Below are positions 58,593-64,000 of a stretch of 64,000 bases of DNA, piece by piece. Location: the IMG/VR virus record IMGVR_UViG_3300023184_000037, positions 81,138-145,137 of that record. One strand, 5' to 3'. A program made the position numbers and the translations under genes. Below the pieces are notes generated by a model. It ran no database searches. It saw nothing but the letters and a program-made list of their open reading frames with translations, and was not told the origin of the DNA. Source of the DNA: a virus. Numbering within the stretch: position 1 is the first letter of the stretch; every line of letters begins with the position of its first letter.

Positions 58593-58712
58593 GATGTATG
58601 GATATTTTTAGTTTAGATTATTTATCTAAACTTTCCTAAAAAAATCATTGAAAACATTTTACCGTGTCAGGTTTTTTGTTTATATTTACACTATAATTAA
58701 AATATATAGAAT

Positions 58713-59303
58713 ATGAAGAAAATTAAACTATATGAACAATACTTAGAGGAGAGAAGTGGAGAACTTTTCAATCCTAAGAAAAATAAACCAGTTGTGGTTA
58801 AACCGACTAAAGACCCAGAACTGGAAAAGGAATTCTTTAATCTTATTAGTACAGCCTATGCTGAGATTGGAGGACACATAAAGGTTCAATCACCAGAAGA
58901 TGTATTTAAAGACCCTGATTGGAACTATTGGGAAGGAATAGATATTCACGGTACCAATGATTTTGATGTTATCATGTTTGGTGAAAAAACCCGTTTTGGA
59001 CTTAAATTCTCAGGAGTTGGCCATGATGGAACTCAAGACGCCAAAAGAGATTACATGGATAGAAGAGGAAAAGAATTAAAACAACTTGGATATTACATAG
59101 AAGTTTCTGGTAAAATTGCCGAAATCTTAATCAATAAGTACCAAGTTCCTATTGTAACTGACCAGGCTGAAGTAGAGAAGGTATTGGGTAAGAAAGTTGA
59201 TTGGATTGGAAACTTAAATGGTGCAACCGGAGAGGGATGGTACAGCCGAACTATAGGTGGAGGAGCTCATGAAAAGATAATGTTAGGTAGACCAAAAGTA
59301 TAA
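58713..59303 (+). CDS. Hypothetical protein with capsid-targeting-like N-terminus
   Basis: MKKIKLYEQYLEE. Confidence 0.55.
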   Translation: MKKIKLYEQYLEERSGELFNPKKNKPVVVKPTKDPELEKEFFNLISTAYAEIGGHIKVQSPEDVFKDPDWNYWEGIDIHGTNDFDVIMFGEKTRFGLKFSGVGHDGTQDAKRDYMDRRGKELKQLGYYIEVSGKIAEILINKYQVPIVTDQAEVEKVLGKKVDWIGNLNGATGEGWYSRTIGGGAHEKIMLGRPKV

Positions 59304-59304
59304 T

Positions 59305-59814
59305 ATGAAAGCACTATTTTTACATGGTCTTGAAAGTAAAGCCAAAAGTCAAAAGTCAGAGTTCTTAGCAAAGTTTGATGCCGAATGTCCCGCAATGGAC
59401 TACAAAAATCCTGGAATGTTTAATGAAATCTTAGTAAAAGTACAAAATGACAGGCCAGATGTTTTAATTGGAAGTTCGATGGGAGGATGGTTTGCATATT
59501 GTCTTTCAACAATCACTGGAATTCCAACTATTCTTTTTAACCCAGCAGTTCATAGTCGTTCAATGGAGCCGAATGTTCAAATAGGAAGTTTAAAAGCAAA
59601 TCATACCGTTATTCTTGGAAAGAAAGATGAACTAATTAACCCTGAAGAGACACTTGAATGGATTAAAAAGAATCCAGGAAATTTTAATGTTCACTTTGAG
59701 AACAATGGACACCAAACTCCAATAAACATATTTAAGAAATATGTCCTGAATTCTGGTTATCTTAATGAGATGCAGAGAATTAAAATGTTTGAGGAATTCA
59801 AAAACCTAGATTAA
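59305..59814 (+). CDS. YqiA/YcfP-like alpha/beta hydrolase (esterase)
   Basis: LHGLES, GSSMGG, NPA, D (KKDE), GH; C-terminal IKMFEEF. Confidence 0.85.
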   Translation: MKALFLHGLESKAKSQKSEFLAKFDAECPAMDYKNPGMFNEILVKVQNDRPDVLIGSSMGGWFAYCLSTITGIPTILFNPAVHSRSMEPNVQIGSLKANHTVILGKKDELINPEETLEWIKKNPGNFNVHFENNGHQTPINIFKKYVLNSGYLNEMQRIKMFEEFKNLD

Positions 59815-59885
59815 AAACTTTAACATAATTTTAACACTCCAGATTTTACCGTCTGGAGTTTTTTGTTTATATTTACACTATAATT
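59814..59885 (+). promoter_or_regulatory. Early promoter cassette, copy 2
   Basis: Near-identical to 3994-4065. Confidence 0.75.
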
Positions 59886-59898
59886 AAAGAAACAAACT

Positions 59899-60189
59899 AT
59901 GAGCTCACTAATACAAATTAAAATAGGAGAAAAGGTACTATATGAAGATGGTCGAATCGGAAAGCTGGTTGACATGAAGTTAGTGCCTAATGGTTCAACT
60001 AAGACCGAATTGGTAGTTATCCTATTCGTCGAAATGGATGGCCGAAATGGAAAGACGGTTATGAGTGCAACATCAAATCGATTTAAACCTGCACCTGAGG
60101 AAACTTACGATGAATTTTACCCATCAGTTCATGTAATCCGTATGTCGGACGAAATATGCATTAAAGAATATAAGGAAGGTTATAGATAA
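59899..60189 (+). CDS. Hypothetical early protein
   Basis: ORF after the early cassette. Confidence 0.55.
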   Translation: MSSLIQIKIGEKVLYEDGRIGKLVDMKLVPNGSTKTELVVILFVEMDGRNGKTVMSATSNRFKPAPEETYDEFYPSVHVIRMSDEICIKEYKEGYR

Positions 60190-60329
60190 TGGACAAAAAG
60201 AAAAAATTAACAAAGATAAACTTCACATTAGAGGAATGGTTTGATGCCTTAAAGGTGCCGACTCCTCATCGTAATAAAAAGAAGTATTATAAGAAAACAA
60301 AGCACAAAGGTAAATCTGAGGATTGCTAA
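60189..60329 (+). CDS. 46 aa basic protein (ArfA-like tail)
   Basis: Hand translation MDKKKKLTKINFTLEEWFDALKVPTPHRNKKKYYKKTKHKGKSEDC. Confidence 0.55.
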   Translation: MDKKKKLTKINFTLEEWFDALKVPTPHRNKKKYYKKTKHKGKSEDC

Positions 60330-60400
60330 AACTTTAACATAATTTTAACATACCAGATTTTACCGATTCAAAAAATTGTATTATATTTACATATCTAATT
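60328..60400 (+). promoter_or_regulatory. Early promoter cassette, copy 3
   Basis: TTTAACATAATTTTAACA ... TATATTTAC (60382-60390). Confidence 0.7.
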
Positions 60401-60413
60401 AAAACAAAGAAAT

Positions 60414-60569
60414 ATGACAACATTTAAGTTTAATACATTATCAGAAGCAATGGGTCAATTGGGCCACTTAGGTTGTACTGACTACGAATTCACTAATACA
60501 AAATCACAAATCACAGTAACTGGTCTTAGTGACAAAAAGAAAATCGCAAAAGCAATAATTAAAAAATAA
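60414..60569 (+). CDS. 51 aa early protein
   Basis: Hand translation MTTFKFNTLSEAMGQLG... Confidence 0.55.
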   Translation: MTTFKFNTLSEAMGQLGHLGCTDYEFTNTKSQITVTGLSDKKKIAKAIIKK

Positions 60570-60586
60570 TTTAAAACTTAATAAAA

Positions 60587-61024
60587 ATGGCAGCACAAAA
60601 ATTCCAATACGGAGAAATGGCATACGTAAATGCAAAACACACTCAATACGACGCAAAAAACTACGGAGTATTTGAAGGAATGGAAGTAAAAACTATGGGT
60701 AATGCTTACAATGGCTACTACAATGTTCATTTACCAAACGGACAATCAATTTCAATGGCATCATCTGCTCTAGATAAAGTTGCAGCTAGAACTAAAAAAG
60801 AGCAATTTGAAGAGCAGATCGAAAAGGCTCAAGCAAAGATTGCGGCTACTCAGGAATTCATCAATGAAACCCGAATGAAAATTCAATTTATGGCCGAGAT
60901 TAAAACTGAGGAATTCGACGAAAACGAATTTAAGGCATATCAAACCTTGACCCTAATTGAAAACACTGAAATGTCTAAATTAGACAAAGCCAGAGCAATC
61001 GCAGCGTTAATCACTAAAAAATAA
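60587..61024 (+). CDS. Hypothetical early protein (SH3-like N-terminus plus coiled coil)
   Basis: ORF track. Confidence 0.55.
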   Translation: MAAQKFQYGEMAYVNAKHTQYDAKNYGVFEGMEVKTMGNAYNGYYNVHLPNGQSISMASSALDKVAARTKKEQFEEQIEKAQAKIAATQEFINETRMKIQFMAEIKTEEFDENEFKAYQTLTLIENTEMSKLDKARAIAALITKK

Positions 61025-61027
61025 GAC

Positions 61028-61435
61028 ATGGAAAAACTAGCAAACTTAAAATGGTACTTTGCACTTCCAATATGGTATGCAATAACAACAACATCAACAT
61101 TTGTAATATGGTTTGGACTTTCTCAAGCAATGGGAGGACCCGAAGATGTATTCACAAATCCGGTAACATCACTTAAGTTTGCTAGTTTAATGGCAATTCC
61201 ATTTACTTTGATGGCCATGCTCATGACTAGCATGTCTAATAAATCTCAAAAGTTTTGGGACTATTCAAAAGAGGTACAGGCCTTAATTGACAAAGCCGAA
61301 ACGCAAGAGGAATTGGGTTCAATTTACAAAAATGAATTTCAAACTCTTAGAGATTTAGCACAGGGTGGAGCACATTTACCTGAATTAACAAAACAATACA
61401 CAATATTACAAACTAAGTACAAATACGTAAAGTAA
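61028..61435 (+). CDS. Two-TM membrane protein
   Basis: Two hydrophobic segments. Confidence 0.55.
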   Translation: MEKLANLKWYFALPIWYAITTTSTFVIWFGLSQAMGGPEDVFTNPVTSLKFASLMAIPFTLMAMLMTSMSNKSQKFWDYSKEVQALIDKAETQEELGSIYKNEFQTLRDLAQGGAHLPELTKQYTILQTKYKYVK

Positions 61436-61584
61436 TGAAAGTAATCTACATGGAACACACTTTAAACCTAATGGCTACCACTGATTTAGCAGCGGTTAAA
61501 GCAATCGTAGCCTCTGGTAAGGTAAAACAAACAGAAGTTGGAACTTATTTAGTAATTGAAACAAAATCAGAAGAACAAATATAA
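61435..61584 (+). CDS. 49 aa hypothetical protein
   Basis: Hand translation MKVIYMEHTLNLMATTDL...; TAATG coupling with the upstream gene. Confidence 0.5.
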   Translation: MKVIYMEHTLNLMATTDLAAVKAIVASGKVKQTEVGTYLVIETKSEEQI

Positions 61585-61589
61585 TTATT

Positions 61590-61808
61590 ATGGAAAGATT
61601 TACTACAGGAATCGGATTAATTTTTGCTGGGATAGCATTGTTAGTCGTGGCTGCAATCATATTTGCATGGCCAGTACAATTATTATGGAATGGATGTTTA
61701 ATTGGTGCAGTTGATGGAGTTCACCCAATCACATTTTGGCAAGCTCTTGGATTGAATTTCTTATTTTCAATCCTATTCAAAGGTACCTCAACATCAAGTA
61801 AAAAATAA
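61590..61808 (+). CDS. Small two-TM membrane protein
   Basis: LLWN...ITFWQALGL. Confidence 0.6.
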   Translation: MERFTTGIGLIFAGIALLVVAAIIFAWPVQLLWNGCLIGAVDGVHPITFWQALGLNFLFSILFKGTSTSSKK

Positions 61809-62002
61809 TGTTACATAGTATTATTTTATACTTATTATTTGGTGCATCCTATTCATTTGGGATGCATCAACTTAATAGATTGTTAGATGAAAACAACCCA
61901 TCTGTAAATTTAAAATCATACAATGGATTTGAACTTTTCTTATTAGTCCTATTTTGGCCATTCTTTCTCTTAGTGTTCATTGTATCTTTTTTAAAATCTT
62001 AA
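61808..62002 (+). CDS. Small two-TM membrane protein
   Basis: Hydrophobic, LFWP motif. Confidence 0.55.
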   Translation: MLHSIILYLLFGASYSFGMHQLNRLLDENNPSVNLKSYNGFELFLLVLFWPFFLLVFIVSFLKS

Positions 62003-62003
62003 T

Positions 62004-62840
62004 ATGCCAGAATTAGCAGAACTTAAACTTACCGCAGCATATATTAATACCGTATCGGAGGGTCTCTTTTTTAACAGGATTGAAAAGAATCCGGTGCATA
62101 AAGGCGTTGAAGTAGAACCAGAATGCACAACTTTTAAAATTAGAGCAAAGAGTCGAGGAAAAGAATTGATGGTGTATTTAACCTCTCCAATAGGTTTTCA
62201 AACCCTCAGAATGAACATGGGTATGGCCGGACATTTTCAATTGACACCAACCGGAAAAGAGTCAAAGCACGCGCATCTTAAGTTTTATTCAGAATGTGGG
62301 CAGACCCTAAGTTTTGTAGATGTAAGAAGATTTGGAAAGTGGAAAGTGGAAAGTGATTGGTCAGCGGATAGAGGACCAGACCCTACACAGGACCTTGAGG
62401 GATTTGTTAGAAACATAATGGACAATATTGACAAAAAGGAATTCGATAAACCTGTCCATTTGGTAATGATGAACCAAAAGTACTTCAATGGCATTGGAAA
62501 CTATTTAAGGGCTGAAATACTTTATAGAGTTCCAAGGGCAAATCCATTCCTTCCGGCTCGAGATGTTCTGCAACAATACCCTGAAATATTAGCACTTTGT
62601 CGCGACGTGCCAATGCTTGCTTATACTATGGGAGGTGGAAGTATTAAAGATTGGAAAAACCCTTTTGGAGAGGATTCCGTTCCGGAACATTTCTTTCAAT
62701 GTTACTCAAATCCAACTATGTCAAATATAGTTGATTCTAATGGCCGAAGATTTTGGTACGACCCAAAATGGGATTTTGATGATAATACTTGGTGCCATTA
62801 CAGTGGAATGCCAAGTCCTGAAGCGTACACTACAAAATAA
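62004..62840 (+). CDS. Fpg/Nei DNA glycosylase/AP lyase (zincless-finger type)
   Basis: MPELAE, RGKEL, MGMAG, DVRRFG, GPDP, NQKYFNGIGNYLRAEIL, GRRFWY. Confidence 0.9.
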   Translation: MPELAELKLTAAYINTVSEGLFFNRIEKNPVHKGVEVEPECTTFKIRAKSRGKELMVYLTSPIGFQTLRMNMGMAGHFQLTPTGKESKHAHLKFYSECGQTLSFVDVRRFGKWKVESDWSADRGPDPTQDLEGFVRNIMDNIDKKEFDKPVHLVMMNQKYFNGIGNYLRAEILYRVPRANPFLPARDVLQQYPEILALCRDVPMLAYTMGGGSIKDWKNPFGEDSVPEHFFQCYSNPTMSNIVDSNGRRFWYDPKWDFDDNTWCHYSGMPSPEAYTTK

Positions 62841-62849
62841 ATAATTATA

Positions 62850-63329
62850 ATGACTGGAAAAATTGCAATTGTCGGAGCCGCGGCTACCGGAAAGGATTAC
62901 TTAAGAAAACGAATGATGGACCGTGGAATGGTATATGGAGTTTCATGTACAACCCGTCTACCGAGAGAGGGAGAGGTTAATGGTAAAGATTACTACTATT
63001 TGACAACTGAGGAATTTGACTCTAAAATTGAAAGAGGAGAATTTGCAGAATGGCAAGAATTTAATGGTTGGAAATATGGTTTGACCAAAGATGAATTTGA
63101 GAGATGTAGCGTAATGATTCTGAACGCTGAGGCTGTTACAATGCTTGAACCTGCTTATAGAAATCGAGTGTTTGTTATATACTTAGACATCCCGGAAGAG
63201 ATTCGTAGAGAGCGTCTGGGTGAACGTGATGATAAAAATGACTCAATAGACAGAAGAATCAATGCAGATAATGAACAATTTAGAAACTTTTTGGATTTTG
63301 ATTGTAAAATAACTAACGAAAACTTTTAA
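62850..63329 (+). CDS. gmk: Guanylate kinase-like nucleotide kinase
   Basis: GAAATGKD, SCTTRLPREGEVNGKDY, W.YG. Confidence 0.85.
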   Translation: MTGKIAIVGAAATGKDYLRKRMMDRGMVYGVSCTTRLPREGEVNGKDYYYLTTEEFDSKIERGEFAEWQEFNGWKYGLTKDEFERCSVMILNAEAVTMLEPAYRNRVFVIYLDIPEEIRRERLGERDDKNDSIDRRINADNEQFRNFLDFDCKITNENF

Positions 63330-63357
63330 GAATATATAAAACCTAAAACAATTACAA

Positions 63358-63876
63358 ATGGCGAAAGCAAAACAAAAATCTACAGCAGAATTAAAAGACC
63401 TACGTGCTCAATTAGAAATTGAAGTTAACGAGGCTCAAAAAGACCTAGCAGAAAAGAAATATTCTGTAAATCTTGAAAACATCCAAAACATTAACGCTAT
63501 CTTAAAGCAAATCGACAGAAATTATGAGTGGAGCATTAAAAATGCTGCCTTTGTAATTAACCTTTACGATGCCCTAGCAGACCAAAAGAAACAATTTCAA
63601 ATTGCAGACAAGGGAGAATCTACAGTTGAACTTAACGGAGTTCAACTTAACCAATTGTACACTATTATCACGAACATTACCGGAACTGGTATTGAAGGTG
63701 CTAAAACATTTACAAGGTTATTAACAAACGTAGGTGCTCAAATCTCAGATGCCCTAAAAGAAATGGCTGAAGCGAACAAAGTAATCCAAGAGAAACATGT
63801 TCAATTAGCAGAATTAGACGTTGCAATCGACAAGGCAGAGCAGCCTGAAGTTGCTGTAGAAGAAATTACACAATAA
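63358..63876 (+). CDS. Hypothetical coiled-coil protein
   Basis: ORF track; AATATATAA at 63331. Confidence 0.55.
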   Translation: MAKAKQKSTAELKDLRAQLEIEVNEAQKDLAEKKYSVNLENIQNINAILKQIDRNYEWSIKNAAFVINLYDALADQKKQFQIADKGESTVELNGVQLNQLYTIITNITGTGIEGAKTFTRLLTNVGAQISDALKEMAEANKVIQEKHVQLAELDVAIDKAEQPEVAVEEITQ

Positions 63877-63878
63877 AT

Positions 63879-64000
63879 ATGAAATTAGCAAGTAAATCTA
63901 AAAAACGTTTAGATTTGCTAGAGGCTATCCAAGACGGCATTACTACTCGTGATGTTTTTGAAACAATTGGCTATAAGAATCAAAGTGAGGCTAAAATAAT
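63879..64000 (+). CDS. 5' end of a gene truncated by the window edge
   Basis: MKLASKSKKRLDLLEAIQDG... Confidence 0.5.
   Translation, partial: MKLASKSKKRLDLLEAIQDGITTRDVFETIGYKNQSEAKI

Noticed and set aside
1-64000. Stop-codon reassignment as in some large phages
   Set aside because: Core genes are full length in the standard code and coding density is high.

Overview
A 64 kb AT-rich, gene-dense segment of a large T4-like (myovirus) phage genome, read almost entirely on the + strand in the standard genetic code. A Bacteroidota host is inferred from A-rich, largely Shine-Dalgarno-free start regions and TATATTTAC promoter boxes resembling the Bacteroidota -7 element TAnnTTTG. Replication and recombination genes: a family B DNA polymerase split into two distant genes, sliding clamp and loaders, UvsX, gp41, gp46/47, RNase H and nrdAB. 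Transcription and virion genes: gp55, a probable gp33, and gp2/4/14/15/16/17/18/19/20/21-22/23 plus a tape-measure-like protein. Three promoter classes can be read from the DNA. Highlights: (1) a candidate new DNA hypermodification operon (8401-14426) combining myo-inositol-1-phosphate synthase, a HAD phosphatase, two FkbM methyltransferases, an aGPT-Pplase1-like DNA base transferase, a beta-glucosyltransferase-N/SGNH hybrid and a dimeric dUTPase/dCTPase, two of which share a C-terminal LF motif with the polymerase and RNase H; (2) a TROVE/Ro-like vWA gene followed by two putative Y-RNA-like ncRNAs sharing a stem-NTACAGCAA motif; (3) about 14 capsid-targeting-like motifs, some on enzymes; (4) an ATP-grasp plus N5-(carboxyethyl)ornithine synthase pair; (5) a minimal, motif-altered ligase plus PolX pair. 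All family calls come from motif recognition by eye; no database search was run.
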